Shown here: in pieces, positions 52,166 to 64,000 of the stretch
How positions within the stretch are numbered: position 1 is the stretch's first letter
How the letters are laid out: the number at the start of each line of letters is the position of its first letter
DNA from: Octopus sinensis
Lineage: Eukaryota
Reading direction: 5' to 3'
NCBI RefSeq assembly: GCF_006345805.1
Contig: NC_043003.1
Span: 112,530,001 to 112,594,000 of the forward strand
Length of the DNA: 64,000 nucleotides
Notes under the pieces: model-generated
The model's input: the letters and a program-made list of their open reading frames with translations, nothing else
What the model was told of the DNA's origin: nothing
Database searches by the model: none
Made by a program: the position numbers and the translations under genes

Positions 52166-52360
52166 TACACACACACATACATGCACCTTTCACAAATGTA
52201 ATTCTTTTTTCCCGAATACGTTGCACCTCATATTCGAGGCTCCGATGTATCTATAGGAGGTTATTGATGCACTCAACTACGACTGTATTTTATAGCAGAA
52301 ACATATCCATTGTTTCTCCCACGTCATCTCTTTTTATCACACATATATATACACACATAT

Positions 52361-52419
<59 letters not shown>

Positions 52420-54417
52420 AACTTATATATATATATATATATATATATTCATATATATATGGAGAAAAGATGGAGACTTTATATTTTCTACATTCGTGTC
52501 AAGTTATCCTTGCAATATATTTATGATCGAAAAACAAAAGTGATAACTAAAAAAATGAAGACAGGTGAATAATATCTTAGAATCAGATTATTTCCTGGAA
52601 ATAGGAAGCAACTGTTTAAGTAGGGATAGTTAACATCATCATTGTCATATCTCACTAAGCATGAATTTGAAGAATGCCTCCTTAAGATGATACCAGTAAA
52701 TTTGTTATTTGTGGGAGGGCTGCTTCAGGCTGTATTTCTCTATTGTATTTAGAATGCGTCAGTGAATAAAAGGTTGTAATTTGAGATTAAGAAAACATTT
52801 ATCTGTTATTGATTAATTATCATAGCGGAGATTTTAGAGTGAGGAGCAAACTTGAGGCTATGTTATGCAGAACCAAACTTTAAATACTTTTAGCCATAGT
52901 AGTAACAAGGATAACAACACTAGCAGCAACGCGTACCGAAAGCACAATATGCTAGTCGCCAAAAATGATGGATGTATCAATTATAAAGTTGGTCACACCC
53001 GCGTCGAAACGGTAGTTTCAAGAAGCATTCCATCAAATATCAGTACAAATTCTTCTGATTCAGTATAGTATTATGAGAATCGTGGACACAAGCTAAAATA
53101 GTTTGACATACTTCCACCCATAAACTTGCGCTCCAGCACCTGAAGAAGTATAATTGTAAAGGTAACTGTCAAGTATTCTGGAAACAGTGTTGATCGTGGC
53201 TGGTCGTCACCTTTGTATTTTAGTGTGAGTTAGCGTAGTTGTGACAAAATACCTATGGTAGGGAGTGATCCAAATAAACTTGCAGGTCCTCAGAATTTCC
53301 AAACTCATAAATACATAGTGGAGATGTCATAAATTGAGGCTGCTGAGGAAAAAAGTGGGGAAAAATCGCCTCTTGCACATGAATTTCTCCGCCCCGAGTA
53401 CTGAATCACAAGTGCATGAATGCAGGTATGTCTAACTATTTTACCCTTTATAGTCGATCCTGAACTACGGAGAACAGTACTAAAATTTATTCCATTCAAA
53501 GAATTTCTCTCGTAGCAAATGCAGGTTAAAGGCTTAAGTTATTATCTCCCCCAATCTACTAAAAAATATGGTAACGAGCATCTCTGTGTACGAATTCTGT
53601 ACCCCTAGGTATAGTAGAGGGATTCAGAGACGAAAGATGTTCTCAAATATCCAGGACAATGGTTTCTCACCCATCTGAAAGCAAGAATCCTAAACGTTTT
53701 CATGTTCCATCATATCTTTTAATAATTATACATTATTAGATATATTTCTGTTTAAATCTCGATGGAGTCGACTCTGCTTTTCTTCTTCTTCAAGGTCGAT
53801 AAAGTATATATTAATGATATACTCGTGCCATTCCAGCCCACCGTTTTTATTAAATGTAACCATTCATTATTATTTTCGTTCACTATATCACGTTGCCGAA
53901 AACAGTATCTCATTTGAATAAATTATTTATGTTGGTTCTATTCTATTGGTTATGGCTTCTTTTACCAGATTTTCCGAGATACTTCAAGTTTAAATAAAAA
54001 ATTTTTTCTTTTTGTTTTCTTTGGAATATGAAAATGACATTGAAAGCGAGAGGTGGTAAATGTCACAACCAAGAGGCTACGTAACATCAAATGCAAATAG
54101 AATTTCCCTCACTCCCGCATACACAATTCAACGAAGCTCTTAATCAACATTGACAATACACCGATTTTGTATTCATCTCAAGTAACTATGATTAATGGGG
54201 GCATATGCTTAACCTTTCTTAATCCGTGGGTTATTCAACTGATTCAGATGACAATTTTTGCATTTTACTTTATTTGTCTAATCTAAGAATTTACTCTCAG
54301 CGCCGATATTAGTGATCGCTACCATTTATATACATGTGTTTATATGTAGTGCAAAATTACACAAGTAACCAGTATTAAGAAATCCGTGTATACTCCCGTC
54401 CACGTAGCTGTATTTCT

Positions 54418-54844
54418 GGATTTTTTCGGTTTGAACGGCAATTTTTTTTAAATAATTTCCACGTAACTAAACACTTTTAAACTTAGTATACTGGTAGAAT
54501 GTGTTTATAAAACATCCTTTTCTCTTGGCTTTATTGAGAAACTTCTATAGTTTGTAGGATATTTGTTGTTCTTTTTCTTCAATTTCTGCAATTTCAACCA
54601 ATCAAATACGTCTATTGAGGTGAAAACATTCTGTGCCGTATGAAGATGTTCCTCGTTTAAGAAACAGATTGGGTTTATTTACACTTCTGAAGAAAAAAGA
54701 TACCCTTCCCTCCACACCTAACCCTGACTAACCCTAACCCTAAAACAGATTGATATGCAATATATCGATACTATGGTCATAATTGTGGGTGACAATTTCA
54801 TATGGCACCGCTAGAAAAAACTGCCGTTCAAACTGAAAAGATCC
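54418..54844. mobile_element. Non-autonomous DNA transposon with ~23-bp TIRs and internal CCCTAA repeats
   Basis: GGATTTTTTCGGTTTGAACGGCA ... TGCCGTTCAAACTGAAAAGATCC; CCTAACCCTGACTAACCCTAACCCTAA at 54717-54743. Confidence 0.75.
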
Positions 54845-55189
54845 GTATGTGTATAATTTTTATGAATCAGAGCTTTGGTATTTCATAGAAAACATTAGAG
54901 ATCCTGCCAACATTTCTACAATCTAATAATGCTGTGCATTACGATATGATCATAAGAGTTGAATTTTTAATCTATATTATGTAACTAAGAATCCCTTATG
55001 TTAACGAAACCTCTGCAAGATTGTCTAAGTATCTCACACACGCATACACACATACATACATACATACGCGTACGCATACACACATAAATATATATATATA
55101 TATGGACGCGTACAGCTTGCATAGAACATACGAAAGAAAAATAACTAAGAAATAAAAATTTCCTAATCAATATTTCAGATAGACTTTTA

Positions 55190-55345
55190 CGTTCTAGGTT
55201 CGAATTTCATCGAGATCGATATTGCTTTTCATCCTTCCGAGGTATATTAAAAGAGTACCAGTTGAGCAGTGGGGTTTATGTAATTGACTTAACCCCTCCC
55301 CTAAAAATTGCTGACCTTGTGCCAACGATCGAACCAATAATTTCG
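55190..55345 (+). mobile_element. Diverged family-A-like SINE
   Basis: GGTTCGAATTTC...TTGCTTTTCATCCTTCCGAGG...AGTACCAGTTGAGCAGTGGGG. Confidence 0.65.
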
Positions 55346-55759
55346 ATACGCGGAATTCCCATACACGGAATTTGATATTCCCATATCAAAAATTACTGGA
55401 GTGATTTTGATACGATAACAAATGCTACACGACCATAGTTTCAGCTGCAGCTTATATTATACAGTATGCGATAAATATACATATGATGAACAAGAATATG
55501 ATGCCATATGATGATGACATATACATTTGATAAGTACAGCGCATGTTTCCTGTGAGAACAAAGTGCAAATTAAAAATAAAGGTGTAATTGCTACACATAT
55601 CACGACGTAACCATCCCTGTCAGCTGGAATAAATGGTGGATTATCAAATCGAATTACACACTGGGTATCGAACGTTTGCAGAGAAAATGTATTTAGCTAT
55701 AAGCTGAATGGATATGGTTTTAATAATACTATACACACACAAACGCTAACATATGCATA

Positions 55760-55837
<78 letters not shown>

Positions 55838-56139
55838 CAGACACACACTTCTTTCAGGTTTGAGTGCAGTATACAGACGTGCGCAAAATTCTAGTTCCAA
55901 ACAAGGCAATACTGAACATAGCAACGGCCGTTTCTCAGATAGACTGCAATCTCGATTTGCATGTACTTATGTTACCTCAATAACATAGGTTCCCAGGATT
56001 TCCACTTAAAGTCTTTGGTTTGTATACTGTGCATCAAGAGATGTCAAATTGGTGGATGGCTAAATAATCACAGTATTGCAATCCAATGATATATGGTTAT
56101 ATTGTACATTAATCGACGATGAATGTATACTAAGGTATA

Positions 56140-56650
56140 TTCGCAGTCTTTTGGGACCAGCGCGGAATAGTGATGATGAATTTCCTGGCAACGAGCACTA
56201 CAATCATGCTTCTTTACTGCAGAAACTGCGGGACGCCATCAGAGAAGAGAACCGTGGTATGCTGGCCAAAGGAGTCCGCCTGCTTCAAGATAATGCCCCA
56301 CTTCACAATCTGCTTGTTGCCCAGACGAAAGCACACTCCTGCGGCTATGAGTCCTTTTTCATTCCCCTTACTCTTCCGACCTCGCACCATCTAACTTCCA
56401 CTACTTTCCAAACATGAAGTCATTTTTGAAGGAGAAGCACTCTTCGGATGGGGATGAATTTATTTCCGAGGCAAACTCTTGGCTCCAGAGGCAACCTATT
56501 AACTTTTACAAATGAGGTCTTCCCTGCAGCATAAAGTGATGGGTGAAGTGTGTCACCATTGGTCGTGGTTATGCAGAGGACTTATTAGTTTCGTTTATCC
56601 CAATCCTTGGAAAGTGGGTCATGGGAAACCTTTAATGAACACCCCTCGTA
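56140..56650 (+). mobile_element. Mariner transposon 3' half (decayed)
   Basis: VFWDQRGIVMMNFL, LLQKLRDAIREENRGMLAKGVRLLQDNAPLH, PYSSDLAPSNFHYFPNMKSFL; right TIR AAACCTTTAATGAACACCCCTCG|TA. Confidence 0.88.
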
Positions 56651-56774
56651 TATTACAGAAACAGATGCGCACACAGATACAAAAACATATATCTAAATGT
56701 GTATATGAATGTATGTGTCTGTATAGTTATATATCCATTTATAAATATGTGTGTACATGGATAGATAAGTAGAC

Positions 56775-56841
<67 letters not shown>

Positions 56842-56874
56842 CAGATAGATAGACAGATAGATAGATAGATAGAC

Positions 56875-58670
56875 ATGTTTCTTTATTAGCCACACAGGGC
56901 TGCACACAGATAGAACAAATTACAAGGTAGAGCTTTTCTTTTGAAGGTTTAAAAAAAATTTTTTTTAAATAATAATAATAATAATAATAATAAAATAAAA
57001 AATAAAATAAAATAAAAAAGGGGGGGTCGATCAAAAGGGATCGTAAAAGGAGAGAAAGAGGACAAAAAAAGGGGGGTTAAAAAAAAAGGGGGAGAGGAAA
57101 AAAAATTGATCAATAGGGATCGTTATCACAGAAATGTCAATATGAAGTGTAAAAGGGAGGACAGGTGAGGTTTACCAGTGGAAAGAAAAGCCTACGGAAA
57201 AGACCACGGTAACTTCGGTCAATGAAGTCACATGTTATATTTCTTTTTTTTTTTTTTGCAAATAAGCAACTCTCTGTATTAATTTTTAGGGTTCATAGAA
57301 TCATAGTCAAGGTGGCTTCGTCATTCATACGTGCCATCCTTGCTACATTCACCCATCTTTTTTTAAAACATTCACTAGACACAACTTGCCTCTCTACTCT
57401 CACTTTTTTCTTCAAGTGATACTTGAAGAAGTTGTTGAGAGATTGACCAGAGAGGAAAGTGTTTGTCTCTAATCCTTTCAGACGCGTCCACCAGATACAT
57501 TCTTTCGCCATAGCCACAAGTATGATAAAAATAGCTCTTCCTTCCCGTTTGAAGGAAGGAGGCGTGACGATATTAACGATAGACTCGGCTGATAAACCGA
57601 CACGTCCCACACGTGACAGCAGTCGTTCGACATAAGCCCACAGGTGGGAAATTGCTGGACACTGCACGATTGCGTGCAGAGCGGTTTCGTCGCTCTGCCC
57701 GCATCTCGGGCAGGTCGGCCCCGTGTTTCTCGAGCCATGCCTATAGAGCTTATCCCGAACGGGTAGCGCTTCTCGGTAGCACCGCCAGGCCAGGGATCTC
57801 TGGAAGTTGTCCATAGGTCCCGGGCCGAAAGTCGTTTGAAACAGGCGGGTCAGGTATTCCTCGTCGACGCCCAGGTTTGCCCCGAGCTCGTCGTCGTACC
57901 TCCCCTCCACTAAACCCCTATAGAATGCTTTGGTTGTGTTGAAGTCACTCAAGGTCGACCCGGGACGGCAGAGTTGCTTGAGAGCAACGCGACACTCGCG
58001 GTGCCATTCGCCCTTCTTCGGCCTCTTTTTGATCCACGACTGTAGTTCGGTCATGGAGACGAGTTGCGGGAATGCGTGCCTCACAAACGGCGACCACACC
58101 TGTTCACCGTCGTCTACATAGAGCCGGAGATGTCGCAGTCTCAGCGCGTGTCTGCGCATCATCAACCACGGCATGCCCAGCCCTCCTTTTAACGGGTGTT
58201 GACAGCAAATGGATCGCCTGACCATCGGGACGCATCCTTTCCACAAGAAGCGGAAGAGGATGCGTTCTAGTTTGGTGATGGTAGGGTCGGGACAAGGTAC
58301 GACGGTCAGGCGGTAGTAGATGATGGACGCGATGTACGCGTTCACCACCTCCGCCCGACCTTTTAGGGACAGTTTCCTCTCGGCCCATTGCTGGGCGAGA
58401 GTGACCACCCTACTCGTTATCTCGTTCCAGTTCTTCTCCATTTGGAGGTCCGGACCGAACCAGACCCCGAGCAACTCAACCGGGCCGTCTGTCCAGCGTC
58501 CCACGACGGAAGTACTGGTGGACGGCATGGGCTTGCTTCTCCAGGTGCCGAGCCGCAAGCCCACTGACTTTTCCCGGTTGATTTTTGCTCCTGTCACCGC
58601 TTCGTAGTCTTTCAGTGTCTCGCCGACCCGCTCGATGTGCTCGTGGCTTGACACTATGACGGTGACGGCA
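56875..58670 (-). mobile_element. 5'-truncated Tx1/L1-clade non-LTR retrotransposon embedded in (GATA)n
   Basis: GC-rich intact RT C-half plus pyrimidine-rich 3' UTR; AATAAA at 56882-56887 (-), 7 nt from the junction; (GATA)n at 56761-56874 and 58671-58785. Confidence 0.9.
57293..58669 (-). CDS. Tx1/L1 ORF2 fragment: RT C-terminal domains and zf-RVT zinc finger (no genuine start)
   Basis: 458 open codons starting just after the expected YADD; GAKINREKS, VELLGVWFG, LSLKGRAEVVNAYIASIIYY, HPLKGGLGMP, AWRCYREALPVRDKL, CPRCGQSDETALHAIVQCP. Confidence 0.9.
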   Translation of the reverse strand, partial: AVTVIVSSHEHIERVGETLKDYEAVTGAKINREKSVGLRLGTWRSKPMPSTSTSVVGRWTDGPVELLGVWFGPDLQMEKNWNEITSRVVTLAQQWAERKLSLKGRAEVVNAYIASIIYYRLTVVPCPDPTITKLERILFRFLWKGCVPMVRRSICCQHPLKGGLGMPWLMMRRHALRLRHLRLYVDDGEQVWSPFVRHAFPQLVSMTELQSWIKKRPKKGEWHRECRVALKQLCRPGSTLSDFNTTKAFYRGLVEGRYDDELGANLGVDEEYLTRLFQTTFGPGPMDNFQRSLAWRCYREALPVRDKLYRHGSRNTGPTCPRCGQSDETALHAIVQCPAISHLWAYVERLLSRVGRVGLSAESIVNIVTPPSFKREGRAIFIILVAMAKECIWWTRLKGLETNTFLSGQSLNNFFKYHLKKKVRVERQVVSSECFKKRWVNVARMARMNDEATLTMIL

Positions 58671-58705
58671 GATAGATAGATAGATAGATAGACAGATAGA
58701 TAGAC

Positions 58706-58762
<57 letters not shown>

Positions 58763-59839
58763 TATAGATAGATAGATAGATAGATGGGGTTGCATTATTA
58801 TCTATTGAATCATTCCCTATTAAGAGGACATGATCTGATTTAAGTAAAATTTGGCTTTTATGCTTCGATGTTCAAGAGCTTTCGCAAGCCTCCTAACTTT
58901 TCAACTAGAAATACATGTTTTATGCATCTATATAGCCCAGGAAGAGTTAAAATCGTGATGCAATGCTATTGTGTATATATTAAGAATTGCATAGTTTAAT
59001 CCCACATTAATCTAAAAGCTTAATTTATGAGAATTTTGGTGGTTATTTTCTGCCAGTTGAACGACAAACGAATTCCTGCATACGTAGACCAATCTCTGCC
59101 ATGCCTGATTCTATATGTTGTTGGCGTCAAAAATTGTTATAACTGTACTTTATTATTTATATAAATATATAGACTTCAGAAAAATAAATAACGTAAATAA
59201 ATATAAAATGTCTAAATAGAAGTTGCTAATAGAAATATGTGTAAATAAAAGGTATGAAATAACGAAAGGAGTAAGATTTCATAAATTCACGATAAAGCTA
59301 TTAAATATTAAATTGGCTTTAATCCGGAATCAATTTTTATTCTCTATCCATTTATTTAACGTATTTTCTATGTTATATTCTTTTAAAAATATTGTCAGTT
59401 TAATGGCATTAAATACATTTTTACTAATTAAAAAAGGTAGCTAAAATATTTCAGATGATAAAGTGCTAGGCTAATGAATTAACGGTTCCTGCGTTAATCA
59501 CAGGTTTTGGCATGTTAATTAGACTACATGCATATTAATTAGGTCCCAAATAAATTGGTCAGTAGAGAAAGTACAACATACTCAGAAATCAAGACTGTTT
59601 TATTGTATACAATTAATTAACCCCTGTATTTTAGTATGGTCCACAACTAGACAAAGGAGTCTGTAGATGAAACATAACATTCATTCAGATGACTACCAAT
59701 AAGGCATAGAGCTATTCAGACAGGCCTGATTTCAACGAGGATACTCAACGTGAAAACTGCTGCCGTAGATGCGAGGACAATTCAATTGTATCACATCTTT
59801 GATAGCAGCACCTATTAATGATCTAATTTTTTTACACAA

Positions 59840-60450
59840 GCTCGGCAGTTTTATGGGCAAGGTGTTAGCCGATTACATCAACCCCTGTGCTCAACTGGTA
59901 CTTATTTTATGGACCCTGGAAGTTGACTTCGGTGGAATTTGAACTTAGAACATAAAGAGTCGGAAGATATGTCACTGAGTACTTTTTCCGATACACTAAC
60001 GAATCCACCAGGCTGTGGTGGAGTTTAACAATTGTTTTGCTTTCGATACAAGGCCAGTAATTTCGATGGAGATGTCAGTGGATTACATCGGCTTAAGTAC
60101 TTCACTGGTACTTGATTTTATTGACCTTTCAAGGATAAAATACAAAGTTGACTTAGACGATATTTGAACTCAGAAGGTAAAGAACCGGACCAAACACCGC
60201 AAAGCAACATTTCAGACGTTATAAGGTATCTACCAACCCACAGTCCAAATAATACCTATCAACTTAAGCATTGGAAAAACAAAAGGCGGTCAAGTAGATT
60301 CGTTAGATGGCTGGACAAAACGCCTTTACTATTTCTTCTAGATCGGTATGTTCTGAATTCAAGTTCAGAGAAAGACAACGTTGATTTTTATCCCACCAGG
60401 GTCTTCGATAAAAATAATGTACCAGACGAGTACTGTGGTCGGTGTTATCA
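59840..60450. mobile_element. Cluster of diverged family-A-like SINE copies (two on -, one short on +)
   Basis: GATTACATC..CCC..GTGCTCAACTGGTACTTATTTTAT and ATTTGAACTCAGAA motifs repeated. Confidence 0.65.
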
Positions 60451-63399
60451 CTTATCACTAAATATTTCTTGCTTGTGTCTAAATCAGAAACAAATTATAT
60501 TCTATGAAAAAGAAACGGAAAATTCATGTATGAATGCGACACTCCGGCTACAAAGCTAAAACGTCTAATATATGTCATTTAACTGACAATATATAACTTT
60601 TAGAACTTTGAATGAAATTCAAGCTCCCAGCCTTAAACGTTTCATTATTATAGGAAGCTGACGTCATATTGAATGCGGGGCGCAGCTGCATATCATTTCC
60701 AATTTATGACACATGGGAGGCATATTTAAATTAGTTTCATATAAACGTGTCTATGCGTTTGTCTATTTCGAACACACAATGCACATACACACATATATTT
60801 ATCTGCATACGAATACACATCCATACGCACACATATGCAAAGGTATGCATATATATATATATATGTATTTGTGTGTGTGTATGTGTATGTGTATATATAT
60901 ATATATATATATAAGCATAATAAAAATATGTGTATCGACGTATATTTTTATGCATGCGTGTATGTATATGTGAGCTTGCGGATTAACTGCACACATACCT
61001 ACACATACTTATTCACACACATTCAATCCTTTAAATCAACTTTGGGATGTTACAAACTGGATTTAGAAGTAAATAATATTGCCTCTCTGGAAATTAATAT
61101 GGATATTTTCAGTAATCTATACCACATAGGTTTTATCTGGATATTTTTGTCTTGCATAATCATTTTCCTCACCATCGTCAACACCAACATCACCATCATC
61201 ATCAGTGCCAACATCGTCATTTTGCCATCATCATAGTTATTATATATTCATTTCAGAACAAATTTTAAAATAAATTTTATTCTTGCGTTTTAGAAAAGTA
61301 ATTTTAACATTCGGAAGAAATACGTTCAAAATAAACGAACGTGTATTCTCAGCTTTCTTTATCATCTTTCCTTCCTTTTCTCGAATTCTAAATTGAATCG
61401 AATGTATTATATTTCTAGTTATCCATTTGTATTTCCCTTGAGTTGTAATACACATTTCTTACAGGGTATGAGTAACATAGATCAATCTATAATCACTATA
61501 TATGTAATGCATCACACATATCTAGCGATCTGGCAATGTAGTGGTTGTGAATCAGCTGAAACAAGTATTACAGTATCATTCCTCACTGAATATATAATTG
61601 GAAACAGTGAAGTAAAACAAGTGTCATGTTGTCATTTGTAGATTGCGTGGGGATTCTTTAATTTATCGCTCCAACTTAAATTTGCAGCCAAATCTCCCTC
61701 AAATCACACCCTCTTACACTTAACTATACCATTCGCTCCTTACGAATCATAGGACATTGACAACTTCTCTGCTATACTCTCAACTCTAGGCTTTTTCTCT
61801 GCTTTGGGTTTTTTTTTTTTTTGCTTCTTTCACTTGCCAAGTCTTGTTAGTTTTAAATTGTCGTCGATGCTTCAATAACTTTGTTTTAAGATAAGGATGT
61901 TGGCCTACGCAAACCCATTTCTACTTTTGGAAAAGGTGTTTCATATTAATTTGCCCTCTGTTTTTTTTACCTATCCATAATGGGTGACACTATCAGGAGC
62001 TTGCACTCTGCTGTCATAACCCCTCAGAGTCTTTCCAGTGAGATGCACAAGTCACCACACCGTAACAAGGAATGAACCTAGCGGTAGTCAAACCACATGA
62101 ATCAGTCTAAAACACAGAAGGGTAGGATTCTTTAAATAATCTAGGCTTCGGTACGCCATGTAATCGATGATAGGCAAAAATAGGAAGTACATGGGATTAC
62201 ATTACCCATCAGTGTCATTTCATATTTTAAACAAAATATAGTTTGACCTTAGGGTGACTTGGTTGCTATTTCCAAAAAATCAAGTGACCATAACAGTTCA
62301 CCTTCGTTCTTCTGCCAAGATTACCGCTCCTTCATATTTAGAGTTGAATTAATTTTGTTGATGCGTCAAATTTTTTCAATATGTTTTGGGGTTAAACAAG
62401 GAAAGCGAGGTATACAGAAATGTAAAGTGCGCTAATTAAATATATATCAACATGACAGTGCTACATGGAGTACTTCATCTTCTTCGCTGATCTTGCAGAA
62501 TTATATTTTTATTTTTATTTTCCATACACAGTATAACTAGGATAGTGTCAGTTCCCATATATTTGCAAGGTAGAAACGTGTGATCGAAGGGAGATTTGGC
62601 TCTTACTCTTAGTAGGTCAATGCGTTGTATAAGCGATAAAATAAGTGATTATATAATTGGAGAGAGTCATCTAAGGATGCAAAGAGGTGTAACTAAATAT
62701 TTAGAGTGTTTCGCTACATCACATTGCATTCTGAGTTCAAATCTCGATACTTCGTTTTGTTATTCACCGTTCTAAGCATCGACTTAGTCGTTCAGCCTTA
62801 TGGAAAAGATATAATAATATACCAGCTCTTGCAGGAGGTACACAACCAAATGCATTCCAGTTGAAACCATCCCGACTGTTTGATGTACATAAGACTAGTA
62901 CCATTTCACTATTTTAAAGATAGTATCACGTGATATTATAATGTGGCATGAAGAATCTTGTTGGTTTCATTTGATGTTCCCATAAAATATCTATCACACA
63001 CTTGGGTCGATAATCCTTTTTTTCCACAGATGTGTGCCTTTGTATTAGTTACGTGCAATGCTTCTTAGGGTACCTTTCTATTTCACATTAAAGGAATTAA
63101 TAAAATGAGTATATCATATTATTAATTCTGCTTATTCCTTCCTTAGTTACTTAGTTCGTCCGTCCGTTACGCTCTTCATATAATATACATAATATGATCT
63201 TAATATGCTAATAGCTACGTGTGTATGTACGTCTCTGACATGTGTGTCACGCTTAGTTAAAAGAAAGAGGTAAAAATAAATCAAAGACTGGAATGGAGAG
63301 GGAGAGAAAGAGAGAGAGGGGGGATGACAGTGCTTTTAAATGTTTATAAGTATTTTCAGAGTATACAGATATATAGATATATTCATCAGAAGACAAGTA

Positions 63400-63770
63400 C
63401 ATTGATAAATACTTCGATGCATTGCTAAATCAAAGACAAATAACTACAGTAAATTTTCGATGTTACTTGTACTTTTCTAAACAGATTAGGGACAGAGATG
63501 TAGTGAGAGAGAAAGAGTCAGAGTGAGAGGGAGAAGGAGAGAGAGTGGTGATAGAAAGTGTGTGTGTGTGTGTGAAGCGGAAGACAAGTAGGGACATAAT
63601 ACATCGAAACATTGTTAAATCAAAGAGAAATAACCATAGTAAATTTTCGATTTTATTTTTACTTTTCGATACAGAGGAGGGATAGAGAGGTAGTGAGAGA
63701 GAAAGAGTCACAGCGAGAGCGAGAGAGAGAGTGGTGATAGAAAGTGTGTGTGTGTATGTGAACGTGATAT
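63400..63770. repeat. Diverged ~190-bp tandem duplication with GA/GT tracts, followed by (GATA)n
   Basis: TAAATCAAAGA.AAATAAC...AGTAAATTTTCGAT...GTAGTGAGAGAGAAAGAGTCA...GTGGTGATAGAAAGTGTGTG occurs twice. Confidence 0.75.
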
Positions 63771-63783
63771 TCTGTGTGTGCTT

Positions 63784-63842
<59 letters not shown>

Positions 63843-64000
63843 TAGATAGATAGATAGATAGATAGATAGACATATCTATACACATCTATACATACATGTA
63901 TAGATATGTGCAAACTGTAAATTGGAGATGGGATTTTTTATTTATATATCTAATGAATCAAATTTTGAAATTGAAATCAAATGTTATTCAAACGTAATCT

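Noticed and set aside
52865-53300. Possible host exon(s)
   Set aside because: Short open frames and an AG/GT-like pair only; no homology recognised.
58671-58795. ATG and (LSIY)n N-terminus of the 500-aa ORF
   Set aside because: Derived from the flanking (TAGA)n array and fortuitously in frame; the element is truncated near 58670.

Overview
This is AT-rich, repeat-saturated eukaryotic DNA. The microsatellite load and the SINE, LINE and Helitron content suggest Octopus or another coleoid cephalopod; this is an inference, as no database search was possible. I found no host protein-coding exon, rRNA gene or true tRNA gene, and nearly all listed ORFs are microsatellite or low-complexity artefacts. 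Identifiable content: three tRNA-derived SINE families, non-autonomous Helitrons, MITEs, decayed mariner, RTE, R4/Dong-like and CR1-like fragments, Penelope-like element (PLE) fragments, and one young 5'-truncated Tx1/L1-clade LINE with an open 458-codon frame embedded in a (GATA)n array. The main unexpected signal, found by hand-folding, is a set of type I hammerhead-ribozyme motifs in at least five unrelated repeats. These include a ~391-bp partial-tandem retrozyme-like unit (50558-51102) and a tRNA-headed, hammerhead-bearing SINE-like element inserted as an inverted dimer (44584-45356). A second theme is that different retroelement families each sit in a different microsatellite: TA, TAA, CATA or GATA. 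All ribozyme calls are manual folds and are untested.
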